From: the human T2T-CHM13v2.0 reference genome, Homo sapiens
Length of the DNA stretch: 64,000 bases
Assembly (NCBI RefSeq): GCF_009914755.1
Contig: NC_060927.1
Reading direction: 5' to 3' (one strand)
Positions 27,366 to 41,602 of the stretch are shown here, piece after piece (position 1 is the stretch's first letter; each line of letters opens with the position of its first letter). The translations under genes were made by a program, and so were the position numbers. Under the pieces are notes generated by a model. The model searched no databases, was not told the DNA's origin, and saw only the letters and a list, made by a program, of their open reading frames with translations.

Positions 27366-27504
27366 ACACTTGTTTTTAAAGCAATTCAGTTATTCTTACC
27401 CAAATTATTTATAGTGAATGGGAGGACTTAAGTAAAGACACTTGTTTTAAAAGCAATTTAGTTATTCTTACCCAAATTATTTATAGTGAATGAGAGGGCT
27501 TAAG
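27366..27504. repeat. two-copy tandem duplication, 72-bp period
   Basis: acacttgtttt...cccaaattatttatagtgaatg...cttaag at 27366 and 27438, about 4 mismatches. Confidence 0.9.
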
Positions 27505-28379
27505 AAAGGTTGTGGTACTTTGGTATAAGCAGTTTATTGGCATATTCACCAGTGCCTAGGCAGAATCTCTGATTTACACACAGTCCAGGAGACTCAAAGA
27601 AGACAATCTGAATCTAGTGTGTATGGAGTGACAAGAAACAATAGACTAGCGAGAGTCCCAGTGGGTACCCTGAGAGAACAATCCACATACTTGAGAAAAA
27701 AGCCTGGTACAATAGATCAGGTTCAGCAATATAGTCTGAATATAAAACTTCAGTAGGTGGAAGTGGGGGTAAAACCGCTGGTGTGTGAGGGGCATGTCTG
27801 GACAGCTGGAGAGGATTGTGTAGTAAGTCTGTGAAAACTTGCTCAGGAGAGACCTAAACTCCTCCAGTAGGAGACCCTGTCCCTCTTTCCTGAAAGAAGA
27901 ATGTATATAGTATTTTCTAACCAGCTGGCGAGAAGAAAGTAAATTAGACCCAGAGACAGGTCAGGGAGACGGGAAGAGAGCAGATTCCTCAGGCGGATCA
28001 GGACCATGTTGAAAGGTGTGAGTGAAGCCTGAGCCTGGGCAGCCTGAAGCTGTGTACATAAGCAACCAGCTCACTGCAAGAGCAGACTCCTGAGCAGAGA
28101 AAAGGCAGATGCACTGGAAAGCATTCAAATTAAATGTGAAATGAGTCTCCTTGGAGAACATGACAAAGAGATTCAAGAAAATTTTAGAAATGTCAGGAAA
28201 GGTCTAGAAAATCATAAGTAAGTTCAAATAAGGCCATTTCCTATTGAGAGCTACTAATTAATCCAGCAGGCTTAGGAATAAACTGCAAGATAAACATGTG
28301 AGTAAAATGTAGAGGACCTATTAATGTGCAGTTAGGTATTTGAATACACTGTGTAAAAATTTCTTCTTGTATTATTGCA

Positions 28380-28540
28380 TGTAATCATCAAAATGTGTCC
28401 ATGAAGTGATATTATTTCCCTTATATGGTTCAGGAAACAGACTCAGAGAGGTTAGAGTGACTTCCCTGATATCATCCAGCTAGTAAGTGTTGGAGCTAGC
28501 TCAATCTCAGGTCTTACAACTACAAAACCAGAGATCTAGC
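28380..28540. mobile_element. MIR
   Basis: ggaaacagactcagagaggttagagtgacttccctgatatcatccagctagtaagt core. Confidence 0.7.
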
Positions 28541-29565
28541 TACACACTTCTAGTTTTCACAACTTTCAGTATGACTCTACCGTGACCCTATTAAAGTCAT
28601 TCTCCAGAAGCCCCAACTACATTTTGATCAGTCAGGGTGGATACAATAGACCCAGTAGGTAGCTGGTCACATGCTGCTGGTAAGAGTGTTGCCCAAAATA
28701 GTCTCTTTCACTGTACCTGAGGCCTTAGACAAAGTCATCAATGTCATCCCAGATATATAAAGCCCTGACACTGCCATTTCCTACTTGAATCATCTCAATA
28801 GTAAAAGTCTTTTAAGCCTACAAAAGTGCAAATACCTGGAGAGATGCATTACATACTAGGGCTACTAGGGGGAGGCAGGAGAGAAAGAGACAACTGTGTG
28901 TGGTGCTGACTCAAGATAAAATGTGGAGATAGACCTTGCCATTCTCTAACCTACAGAACTCAACAAAAATTTACAACTATTACTTGTTTCAGATTCACTA
29001 AATATCAGTATTTCTGACATGTCTGGTACATATTATTAAGCTAGGATCTGACCCCATATATCTGAACTGATCAAGAGAGCAGGCGACTATTTCTTCTTTG
29101 TTCCAAAAAGTAAGGACTAGAGAGAACCACATTTATTGACAGTATAATCCTTCAAAGGTTTGTACAGGTTTGCTAAATGAGTAAATGAATCAGTTGTTTT
29201 TTTCCTGCAGGTCTCAGATTGGAGAACAAGAAAAGTAAAAAGGAGTAATTTGGGACAATAATTTGTACATAACTGTAGTTGTTGATGAGCCAGAGCATCT
29301 TTCTCCACAAAAATGCCATTTTAAAAGCTTTTGTGGCATTATACCAAGATATCTCAAAAGATTAAATGCCTCACTTCCAGTGACAGAGTCAAATGGTGCC
29401 CTTGAATGTAAAGTTTGCTGTTCCAAGAAGAGGACAAAAGAGACACATATTGTAGATTTTTAAATTAGAGTGATCTACACCAGTAACATAAACATCACCA
29501 TCATCATTATCATCACCATCATGATCATCAGGGATTCTAGGCACATATGGCAGAATGTGTTTACA

Positions 29566-29890
<325 letters not shown>

Positions 29891-30407
29891 TTATCAAAAA
29901 AGAAGAATGCCAAAAAAGGAATGCTTTTAGTAGAGCAAAATAATTAATACTCATTACATATGCTTTATTCATGCTATCTTTAATCTTTTGAGAAATTAAA
30001 CAGGGGAGCCAAGTAAGGAAGAACAAAAGAATGGTAGTAATTGCCTATGTAATAGATGCATATCCATATTCTAAAGCAAACTCACCCCATGCCTCACTTT
30101 CTCTCTCCAAAAATATCCTATGGGAATTTCATCTAGCTGATGTGCTTCATCAAGATCACCTGCTTCATACATAACTGCTCAATTGTGAGACATGCAATAA
30201 CAGTCAATACAAACTGTTCTTCCAAGCTTCTGACTTTCATTTTATCCCTTCTTCTTATCTTCCATTGGGAAATGTGTTACATTCTTTTCTTGCATGAAAA
30301 AAATTAAAGATCATTAAAAACGCCACCGATATAAGAAAAATAAACAAGTCAAGCATCTTGTGGAAGATCTTTAAAAAGTTCATAACAAACTGCTCCAATA
30401 TTGTAGA

Positions 30408-30774
<367 letters not shown>

Positions 30775-32249
30775 TCAGCATACCTAGTTGTTGTTTACAA
30801 CCAGTTTCTTTATTATATAAAAGGGAAATATTCCTAAATTTATAGTATTTGCCTTTATATAATTCATAATTTTTACTACTTATCTTGCTATTCAGTTTAG
30901 CTTATTTTTTATCCCCTTATTTTCCTAAAGGCAAGACTTTATCAATGTTGGAAACAGTGAGTTAATCTACATGTTGGGACAAGCTCCTTGATCTAGGTAG
31001 CTACTCCAGATTATTTTCCTGCCATTAAAACTATACTGTCAGAATTTTTTCCCATACTAAACTTAAGCTCTGGACCACATTTGTTGACAGAATAATCACC
31101 ATCATATTTAAATCACATACTATGAAAGAACTGTCATGTTAGCAATATCTGTGCATTTATCACATTGTGATGAAAAATACTTTGCTAGCTTTCTTTATTC
31201 TGACTTGGTTTTCCGTATCATTCACCAGTTCCAGAATACATCAAGCTGTGATATCATTGTAAGGTACTTAAGCTACCTTCTCTGCTGCAAAATATACCAA
31301 AGTTTCCAAGTAAAAATCTTTTATACATTTTTTGTTTAAGATTCAGCATCTGTATGTATTATTACATTACAGGTAACCTGTAAAGCACTAATGTTTATAT
31401 GTGAAATAGTGAACATCTACTTCTGCTGGCCTTTTATTTCAATATTTTTTCTTTGGAAGAATTATTTTAGATTTGACCGTTTCTTTATGTTATGAATGCA
31501 AGTTCTGCTTAAGTGTTCATGTTATTACTTCATTAGCCAGCGCATCTCCTAAAGTATCACACTGTGGTATTAACACATTTCTCTATCAGCGGCAACCACA
31601 AAACTAAACTCTCTACCTGAGGCATCAGATTTCCAGCTAAAACTAGTATGGATTCCTTTGATCTTCCATTCTTGGAATCACACATTTAATTGCCACATTC
31701 AGAAAGAAGTTCTTTCTCCTGATTAAAAAAAAAATCAAATGAACTACACTTAGAAAAAGGCCATATGCAAATTGGAATTAAATACAAATAATATGAATTT
31801 TACTTCTGAAACATAGCTAACAATGTTACATTGCAAAACTTTAAATTTTGAATTAAAAAGTAAAACAACACATTACAAATATTTAATGCTTATCTATTCT
31901 CAGATTTTAAAATAATTGTGGGTTCTAATTAACAGAATAACTTTAAAATATCACACATGACTAGTACACAGGTGAACCACACACAAATCCCCCTCATAAA
32001 TGCAAGTTCAACAGTATCCATACTGATCTATGTCCTATCAAACATGATGAGTTCAGTGATCATGAGCTTGGATACCGTGGTATGTCAATTGTGATAATGG
32101 TTTCTAAATGTTTACTCCCATTTTCTATACTTTTTTGGCATTATTTTGCTGTAAGCTGGTAATCAACAGTTTGCACACTGGCATCAAATGCAAAGCCCAC
32201 TTTGACACTTAATCATAGTATCATTTCAAATGTACCACATCGAATATAT

Positions 32250-32702
32250 GAGTTGGGGCTCTCCAGAGAAATGGAACCAAGAGGATCTATCTATCTATCT
32301 ATTGAGATTGAGAGAAAAATTGCATTAAGAAATTGGCTCTCTCAAATAATTATTGTAGGGGACAGAAAGTCTGAAATGTGCAGGGCAAGTCAGGAGGCTG
32401 GAGATTCAAGTAAGGGTTGATGTTGCAGTCTTGAGTCCAAAGTTCTGGAAACTCAGGCAGAATTTTTATGTCGTAGCCTGGAGGCAGGATTCCTTCCTCT
32501 CTGAGAAACCTCAGTCTTTGCTCTTAAGTCCTTCAAATGATTGGATGAGGCCCTCCCACATTATGGAGAGTCATCTGCTCTACTCGCTGTAGATGCTAAT
32601 TTTGTCTAAAAAAATACCTTTATAGAAACAACTAGACTAGTGTTTACTAAACAACTGGTCACTATAGTCTAGCCAAGTTGACATATAAAATTATCCATCA
32701 CA
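32250..32702 (-). mobile_element. MLT2 (ERVL) LTR
   Basis: ctccagagaaatggaaccaa...gccaagttgacatataaaattatccatcaca. Confidence 0.8.
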
Positions 32703-33221
32703 CTGAGTCAAAGAACCGTCTTGAAACAAGTATGTGGGAGCTCTATTTCTAATAGTCAAGCCAGGAAGCTCCAGAGTAAGAGTCTGTGATGGAATCTATG
32801 TTCTGCTACTTCAACTTCATTCAAGCTCAGTTCAACGACTGGAACAAAACTAAAACAAAGACTGAGAATTCATAATGAATTGGGAAACAGCTGAATATAC
32901 AGATATTAAAACAAAAAAGTCCACAAAGAGTATCAACTTTTTCCATTGTATTTCATATTTTAGAGTATTCTAAAAAACACACTTGTGGATATAATGTAAA
33001 AAATGTTTCCCATTTGCACATGATCTAGCAAATTATTAACCTTAAAAAACTTTACCAATATTTTTCCCATTAAAATACATTTACTTTCATGCTACAAATA
33101 TCTGTTTTTCTGCTACGATGTAACTTTTGTCTGCATTATTATCTTTCATTCTATGTTTTCCAAAAAAACTTTGTATAAATTAGATTTGTTAAGCCATTAT
33201 TATTATTTAAAACCTAATATT

Positions 33222-33550
33222 GGCTGGGCACAGAGGCTAATACCTGTATCCACAGAATATTGGTAGGCTTAGGCAGAAGGACTGCTTGAAGCCAGTTGTT
33301 CGACACCAGCCTGGGCAACAAAGTGAGACTCAGTCTCTATAAAAGATAATTTAAAAAAATTAGCTAGCTGTGACAGCATGTGCCTGTAGTCCTCTATACA
33401 TGGGAGACTGAGGCAGGAGGATTGCTTGAGCTGAAGTTTGAGGCTGCAGGGAGTCATCAACAGGCCATTGTAGTCAGGTTTAGGTGACACAGGGAGACCC
33501 TGTCTCTTAAAACCAACCAACCAACCAACCAACCAACCAACAACAATTAA
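33222..33550 (+). mobile_element. diverged Alu (AluJ-type) with (ACCA)n tail
   Basis: Dimeric Alu similarity; tail converted to microsatellite. Confidence 0.85.
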
Positions 33551-34474
33551 AAAACCCTAATGTTCTTTTTTATTTCAAGAAGTGTACCCTGGTAGGCTTT
33601 TCATTTATCCCTTAGCAAAGCCCCTAAACTCACCTCACAACTATCCCGTAGCAAAATTCACTAAGAAAATTATTTCTTAGGTTTTGAATATGTTTTGAAA
33701 CATATATTTTAAAAATATTTTCTTTAAAATGTTTTTTCAAAGAGAAAATCTGACTGTTTCAGCGTCTTTTTCCCATCCTGCATGAGAGAGACCAACATTA
33801 CCTTTTTTAAAGGCTTTCAAGCAGAGATTACAAAGGATTCTTTCAGAGAAGAGAAGTTGGTAGCAGCCCTTGGGAGAAAGAGAGTCCCTGGATTCCAAAT
33901 GAGAAGGTAATTGCAGGTTTTGTGAGAATTCGGAATTTATATCCCGTTCGCTTGCTAAAATCATGGAGGGTAGCAAGATTGCAGGAAGCACAGTGCCATG
34001 ATGAACCTAGGAAGCCTAGACTCAAGACGACAAGGCTCTGAGCCTTGGCAAGGACACAGCTTGTCAAACCTTGGCAGAGATGCAGAAGAGCAGATTGCCT
34101 CCAAGGCAACATGCAAGTGTATCAGTGATCATGCCAGGGGAAAGAAACCAGAGGGACCTTGCCAAATTTTGTGGACCTCATTAGCTTCCCAGGACCTGTA
34201 CGCAAACCTGACAAAGGACAAAGCAGCCAGTGATTAATAATATTGAGTTATCTCCCGTTTTGTTGACCAAATAGGGACTCCATGCAGAAATATGACTTAG
34301 AGAAATAAAGAGCTATAGAATTTGCAAGTAACACTCACCACACACTCAAATTTCCAAAGAGTAACAGCTAGTAAAAACGTTTCACATTCAGGTGATTTAT
34401 AAAAGGTTTTTGATGCTATTGGCTTTGTGACAAGCAATTTCAACACACCCAGCTTCTAGACAAATCTTCGTAGT

Positions 34475-35130
34475 ATTCATTCAATTATTTGCTCATTCAT
34501 CAAAAGTATACTGAATTCCTTCTATGTACTAGGAATTGTTCTACATGCTGTTGATACAGCAGGGAACAAAATAGACAACAGCCGCTGCCTCCATGAAATT
34601 TCTATTTTAGTGGAGACAGAAAGAGACAATAAACTAAGGAAGTGTAGCTCATAGCATATTAGAGAATAAGTCTTAAATAAAAAAATAAAGCACTAAAGTG
34701 GAATCTGGGTTGTTGTCTACACGTTTCAATTTCAAGTGGGGTGGTCAGGGAGGAGTCCATTAGAAGAAGACTTGTGAGCAAAGCCTTGAAGGAGGTAAGG
34801 AAGCAAGCAATATGAATATCTGGAGGGAAACTGACCCAGGCACAGAGAACAGCAAGTATAATAGTCCTTGTTTGGGGAGATTTCCGCAATGTTGGAGGAA
34901 ATGCAAAGCGGTTACTGTTGGGAGCAGAGTGAATAAGGAAAGAATAACTGAGGATGAAACCCCACAGGCAATGGAGGGCCAGATTATCCAGGATCTTTTA
35001 AGCCATTGTAATGATTCTGGCTTTCACTCTGAGTAAGGTAGAAGTGATTGGAGGGTTTTGCGCAGAAGAGTGACAGGATTTGACTTATGTTTTAAAAGGT
35101 CATTGTGGCTGCTGGGTTGTGAAGATACTG
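34475..35130. mobile_element. L2 3' region
   Basis: cattcattcaa..., gactttcactctgagt-like and gggttttg..cagaagagtgac L2 motifs. Confidence 0.65.
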
Positions 35131-36189
35131 CAAAAAGTATTTTTCCCGCACAATGTCCAGCTGCAAGGAAGTAAAGTAATTACACAATAAAAGGAAGTTT
35201 CATGACTTAATTCCTTTTCTTCCCTGTTATTAAGTAAATAGTTAATGTTTATTCAATAAATATTTACTACAATTATGGATCCATTACTTTCTTTTTCCTT
35301 TCTGATCCAGCAACACTGCCATTATTACCACTACCACCCAGATACAAATGTCATAATCTGGAAAATGGACCAGAGTGGCCAATGGAAGACTTCCTAAACA
35401 TCAACCATATTTACACTCTTTAATTGGTTTTATAGGGACTTGGCTCTAAAATAACTGCTTCTGCAAGATAATGATGGTATCAGAAGTGTCCTGGAAAAAA
35501 AACCCATGCTCTAGGTTGTGGTGCTATCAGTGTTTACTGATGTGTCAGTAATACTGCTCACTGATTCCTTTTCTCTTTTATCAGTAAGTTATTAACTACA
35601 ATAAGCAAGCTGTTCAAATAAATATGGTATTTTTTCTTCCTCTTTTTTCTCTTTTTATAACTAGAGTCACGAATATAGATATTTACTCATATTAATTTAA
35701 TTTCTCAAGATTGTGTGTGGGAGGCAGCTAAAGCAGCACTAGAGGGAAATTTGTAGTGTTCAATGCTTGTATTAAAAGAAAAACAATATCTAAAATCAAT
35801 AATCTAAGTTTCTTCTTCAGGAAGGTAGAAAAATAAAAGCAAGTTAAACATAAGAAAGGCTGAAGAGAACAAATGTATTTAATATATGTGTGTATATAAT
35901 ATACATGGATTATATATAAGGTATTTTATATAATGGTGTATATGTATTATATATGTATGTGTGTATAATATACATGGAATATGTGTGTGGGGGGCTGTGG
36001 GGATGTATACACACACACATATATATATATACATATATCCTATCAGTCTGTTCCTCTGGGGAACCCAGACTAAAACTCATGGATTACATATAGATTATGC
36101 TAATAAGTATGTAATATATAGTTATAGAATACATAATATGTCATTTATATATCATGCAAATATATATGTTTGTGTTACATATATATGTA

Positions 36190-36460
36190 GCATAAATTAT
36201 ATATATATAAATATGTATATTTATATATAATATCTAATATATTATATATATTTATATATAATATCTAATATATTATATATAAATATATATATTATATATA
36301 TTATATTTTATATATTTATATATAAATATAAATTTATATATATTTATATATATATTATATATAAATATATATATTTATATTTATATATATATTTATATAT
36401 ATTATATTTATATATAAATATATTATATATATTTATATATATATATATATTTTAAAAATA
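36190..36460. repeat. nearly pure A/T (TA)n-rich tract
   Basis: About 270 bp with almost no G/C. Confidence 0.95.
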
Positions 36461-36830
36461 AGGAATTGTCTCACAGGTTATGAAGCCTGAGAGGTCTCAT
36501 GATCTGCAGTCAGCAAGCTGGAGACCCAGGAGAGCCAATATTATAGTTCTAGTCTGAATTCAAAGGCAGGAGAAGACTGATGTTTCAGCTCCAAGACAGT
36601 CAGGCAGAGTGAATTCTCCCTTACTCAGCATTTTTGTTATACTCAGGCCTCTAACACATTGGATGAAGCCTACACACAATGGGCAAGGCAATCTGCTCTA
36701 CTTGGTCCACCAATTCAAATGTTAGTCTTTTCAGAAATACCCTCACAGACATACTCAGAACAATGTTCACCCAAATATCTGGGCACCTCCATGGCTCAGC
36801 CAAGTTGAAACACAAAATTAACCATTAAAC
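36460..36830 (-). mobile_element. MLT2 (ERVL) LTR body
   Basis: aaggaattgtctcac...gccaagttgaaacacaaaattaaccat. Confidence 0.8.
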
Positions 36831-37526
36831 CATGTTTTATTGAACAATCTGCCCAGAATAGTAAATGAAATCATAGTCATTCAACAAATTTGATAAGTAT
36901 TTAGTAGATCTTATCATGGATGTGTTCCCATTGTAGTCTCTGGGTTTAGAGTAGTGATTAAAATGGATAAAACCCCTGCCCTCATGGAGGTGACATTAAG
37001 AAAGGTAGTTCATATTTCATAGGCAATGACCTTCCTTCAAATGGTCTGTTGAAGAATCTCTAGGCCTTTGCAAAGTTGTCTCATTAGACAGCATCCAAGC
37101 ATTCTAGCAATTTAGTCAATTCGTCAACAATTACTTGCTGAATGAATGAATGTTAACCATGTTCTTCTTTTCTCATTTCTGAGGCCTGTGTTGTATCTGT
37201 GTAGTCACATGAATGTGTCTTACATCTGTGAACATCCAAGGCTCAATGCTGACCCAGCTCTTGATGGTCACTGCTGCCATCCTCTAAGATCCTTGAAAGG
37301 CCAAAGGGATCTTGGTTCCCTGGAGTCCTCAGATTAGGAAAGACATTCTATATTTCATGCAGAAGTGGAGATGGGTAGATGGGGTTTGAGTGCACACCCC
37401 CCAACTCTCACTCTTTGATGTTATGCTATGAAACACAGGTAAATAGAAAGGGCTGATTCTTTCCAAATAATTTAAAGAGCTGTTATTATAGGTTTATGAC
37501 AAAAATTATTTATAATACCTGAATTA

Positions 37527-37554
37527 ATCTTCTCCAGAGAAACAGAACTAATAG

Positions 37555-37600
<46 letters not shown>

Positions 37601-38067
37601 GAGGGGATTTATTATGAGAATTGGCTCATGCAACTGTGGAAGCTGAGAATTCTCACAATATGCTATCTGCAAGTTGGAGAGCCAAGGAAGCCAGTGGCAT
37701 AGCTAAATCTGAGTCCGAAGGTCTAAGAGCCTAGGGGGATGCTGGTATAACTCTTAGTTCCAGGCTGAAGGCTAGAGAATCTGGAGTTCTGGTGTCCAAG
37801 GGCAGAAGAAGAAGAGAACTGCAGCTCTAGAAAGGAGAGAGAAAGTATTTGCCTTTTTTCTTTTCTCCTTTTTTGTTCTATCTGTGTCTTCAACTGAATG
37901 GATGGTGCCCACCCACACTGGGTAAGCGTGGCTCTTCCTTACTCAGCCCACTGATTCAAATGCCAAACTCTTCTAGAAACACTCTCACAGAAATATCCAG
38001 AAATAATACTTTACCAGATATCTGAGTATTGCTTAACTCTGTCAAGTTGACACCTAAAACTATCACA
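37527..38067 (-). mobile_element. MLT2 (ERVL) LTR containing a perfect (GATA)n STR at ~37554-37599
   Basis: tctccagagaaacagaactaatagg(ATAG)n...gtcaagttgacacctaaaactatcaca. Confidence 0.85.
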
Positions 38068-40451
38068 ATTCCTAAAATGTATACGAACGCCAGAAAATTG
38101 GAAGAAGGTTGGGAGGCTGAGAATCTAAGTAACATAAACCATGCTATCCTCAAAATTACCTGTCAGGTGACATAGTCTTTGCCATTGAACCAGCCCCATA
38201 TATCTGATTCCTCTTCCCTTTAGGATGATTTACGTCCTAGGAGGTGCTTCATTCCTAATATAAATAGATTTCTGGTGAACCAGTCTCACGTGTCCTCCAG
38301 ACATGACTGGTCATGTTTTAGCTCCAGCAGGGCACTCAGCTGCAGACCACACTGGCACCCACACTACACACATAACCCGCTTGAATCTGCACTACCACCT
38401 CCTTGAACAAATCAATAATAAACTTGTTTTCTCTCCCTGAAGTTTTAAGACAAATGTGTTCAGTGTCTTGACATATGAGTAGAAAATTCAATCTTGTGAG
38501 TCATAAAGGATCTGAAAAGTTGGTTTCTTTAGAGGCCTTTAATTCTAAGAAGTTCATGATTTGAAAAATGTCCTCTGAAAATCTCTGCATCGAGCTTCCT
38601 ATGTGATTAAAATGTAAAACTTATATTTCTAGACTTTGCTTCATCTTCTTTTAACGAGCCATACCCCGGCAGTATTTAAAGGCCACAACAAAGAGAAAAG
38701 TTTCAAACTTGATATCTCCCTTTCTGCCCATCATACAAAATCTGACTTGCAAAGCTCATAGCACAGAATCTCCTAATGCATGATGCAAAAGAAGTGTGAC
38801 ATATCAGTCTCCTTTCTGGCTTGAGCAAACTGCTGAAATTGTCCCTGCTGCCTTTTGGTTGTAGATGCTCCACTTGTGATAAGTTAACTTAGCACTTCCA
38901 GGTTTGTAACAAATTTCTCAAATTCTTTTCTTGCTAATAAGTTAACCTCTCCTAGTTATTTTGTGCTTACATGTTCAGTTTTATTGTGTTTTGTCTTTGT
39001 ACTGAATTATCAACAATTGTCATTAATGAGAGCTAGGCATGGTTCTAAGACAATTTCTCTGATCTGCATAACAGCATAACAACTTGCAAGGCAGATGTTA
39101 TTCTCTTGATTGAAAGAAATGTAGCTAAATAATAACTTTACTCGCTTTCCCAAGGTCACCCAACCAGAGGCTATAAATTGAGGTTTAAAAAAGTTTTTGC
39201 TAAATATCTCATAGTCCCCGTATGTCCATAATACTTAATGCAATAATGGATGATGCCATTACAGCACAACTGCAGTCAGAAAGAAAGAGCGAAATGTTGC
39301 GGTTTAGTTAATGCTTTGGAAAAAATGTTTTTAAAACTGGCCTCCACCCAGTTTCCTGTGTTCAACTTGCTGATACTGTTACTTCAGTTGGTTCATCATC
39401 TTAGTGATCCTCTTAAATACATTTTGTACAGAGTGCATAGCCCTTTAATCCATTTTTATTCTTTAAGCAGTCTCATTTTGGCATTTAAAGAGTCAGTATC
39501 AATTATTCCTAAAATTCTGCCTCTTTATCTAATATAATGTTCCTCTTTCCCTTTTCCCCTTTGTAGGCTGTCTAGTTCTCATGTGACTTGGAAAAGAGAC
39601 ATCATCTGCTTACATCCAGCTTCTTTGCGGTTTCCTCCAGCTTCTTTGTGGTTTCCCCCGCCCTCTCTGCTATTAGGCAGGAGGAAGGTTGGGGGAAGTC
39701 ATTCACTATGGCTCAGAGACAGCTGGAAGCCCTCGTTTGTTCTTTATCACTGTTTCTTAACACTGTCTGGCCAACTGATTTCCATAAGAGTCTGGTTTCT
39801 AAATATTGGCTTTATCATGGGGCACAGGCTTCCTACTTCCCTCCCCTGCTCTAGGTGTTCCAGCCAGTTTGATCTCTTCCTCTGTCCCTGCTGTTCATTC
39901 TGCAATCTATTGCAGATGTGTTCTGAAAAAAATGGCTCTCTAGGGTGGGAGAACTAGTGGAATTAATCAACTCCATGATATTTTGGTGTCCAAAGGACCT
40001 CATTAAAATGACTATTATAAAATGACAATCAGGAAAACAACAACTAGAACATTTCAAAGACATACATTTCCAAGAGAAAGAGACAGGAGAGGAAACAACA
40101 ATAGAAAAAGATGGCAACAAATTTTCCAAGAAACAAGGTAACTCAATCTGTAAAACCCCAGACATGCAGGAATTGGAGTCATCTGCCTGATGGGAAGTGT
40201 TCAGAGTGGGGCTAAAAACAGGTGGATCTGTGGAAAGCATTTAGATGTGGCACTTAGACCTTCACACCAAATGTATATACTGCATAACCAGGCGTATACT
40301 CCCTTCTTTTCCTTGGCAGAAAATTCAAGGTTCAGCCTTGTAGAGATAAGACAACAGATCCAAGGACATCGTGTACAACCAAGGCAACATATGAGGCATG
40401 AAAACATTATATTAAGAAGAGTGGTACTAAGAGAAAGACATTGATACACAC

Positions 40452-40626
40452 CGTATTAGTCTGCTCAGGCTGCCATAAAAAAACGCCACAGAATAGGTGG
40501 CTTAAATAACAGAAATTAATTTTCTTACAGTTTTGGAGGCTAGAAGTCCAAGATCAAAGTTCAGAATGGTTGGTTTCTGGTGAGCATATAAATATAGAGG
40601 AGACACAAACATTCAGTCCATGACAC
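40452..40626 (-). mobile_element. internally deleted MLT1 (MaLR) LTR
   Basis: gtattagtctgctcaggctgccata...gacacaaacattcagtccatgaca. Confidence 0.7.
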
Positions 40627-41115
40627 CCTCTAACCCGTTTCATTTGCATGGCTCTCAAAATACCAGAAATAAGCCTCATCTCCAAGAGCACAGCAATAAA
40701 GATTCCCTTCTGGGGAAACTCAGTAGCCTAACAAAAAAGACCTATCAATACTCACTTTTGGAGAGCTTCTGATGCACCTTATAGTAAGCTCACACGTAGA
40801 TAAGTCCCACCTATACGTGCAGAACTTCTAATCAATATTCTAGTGATTATTTCTTAAATATGAGCAGACGTTAAAGGCTCATCAGGTATTTATGCCTCTG
40901 ATGCAAAATAAAAAAGCCAAAACAAACAATGAAATTCTAGGAGAAAGAGACAATTCAGGGAATAGAATAAAATATAAAAGGAAAAAATGTATAATTAACT
41001 CCCACAGAGATATAAAATAAGTGTTTATAAAATAAGAGCAACAAGCTACCACAAAGAGATATTGAGAAAATAATAAAAGAGCTTTAGAAATGAAAAATAT
41101 GCACATATAAAAATC

Positions 41116-41602
41116 TGTATTGGTTTGGGTTCTTCAGAGAAACCAACAGGAGATACACACACACACACACACGAAGATATTTACTATGAGAAATTGGCAC
41201 ACACAAATACAAAGGCTGGAAGGCTGAGAATTTTCAGGATCTGCACTTGGCAAGCTGGAGACCTAGGAAAGCCAGTAGTATAGTCCCAGTTCAAATCAAA
41301 GGTCTGAGAACCAGGAGAGCTGATGGTGTAAGTTTTAGCTCAAGTCCAAGTTTGAAGGCAGAAGACCAATGTCCCAGCTCAAACCCCGTTAGGCAAAGAG
41401 AGCAAATTCTCTCTTACTTAGCATTTTACTCTATTCAGGCCTTCCACACATTGGACAAGACCCACTTACACTGGGGAGGACAATCTGCTTTACTTAGTAT
41501 ATTAATTTGAAAATTAATCTCATCAAGAAATACCCTTATGGATAACCCAGAAATAACGTTTAACTAAATATCTGGCCAACCAATAGCTCAGTCAATTTGA
41601 CA
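41116..41602 (-). mobile_element. MLT2 (ERVL) LTR, within old L1-like sequence
   Basis: tgtattggtttgggttcttcagagaaacc...(CA)n...caatttgacatacgtaattaacc. Confidence 0.75.

Noticed and set aside
39250-40449. Cluster of 80-130-aa ORFs on both strands
   Set aside because: Appears to overlap degenerate old L1-like sequence; no recognisable protein.
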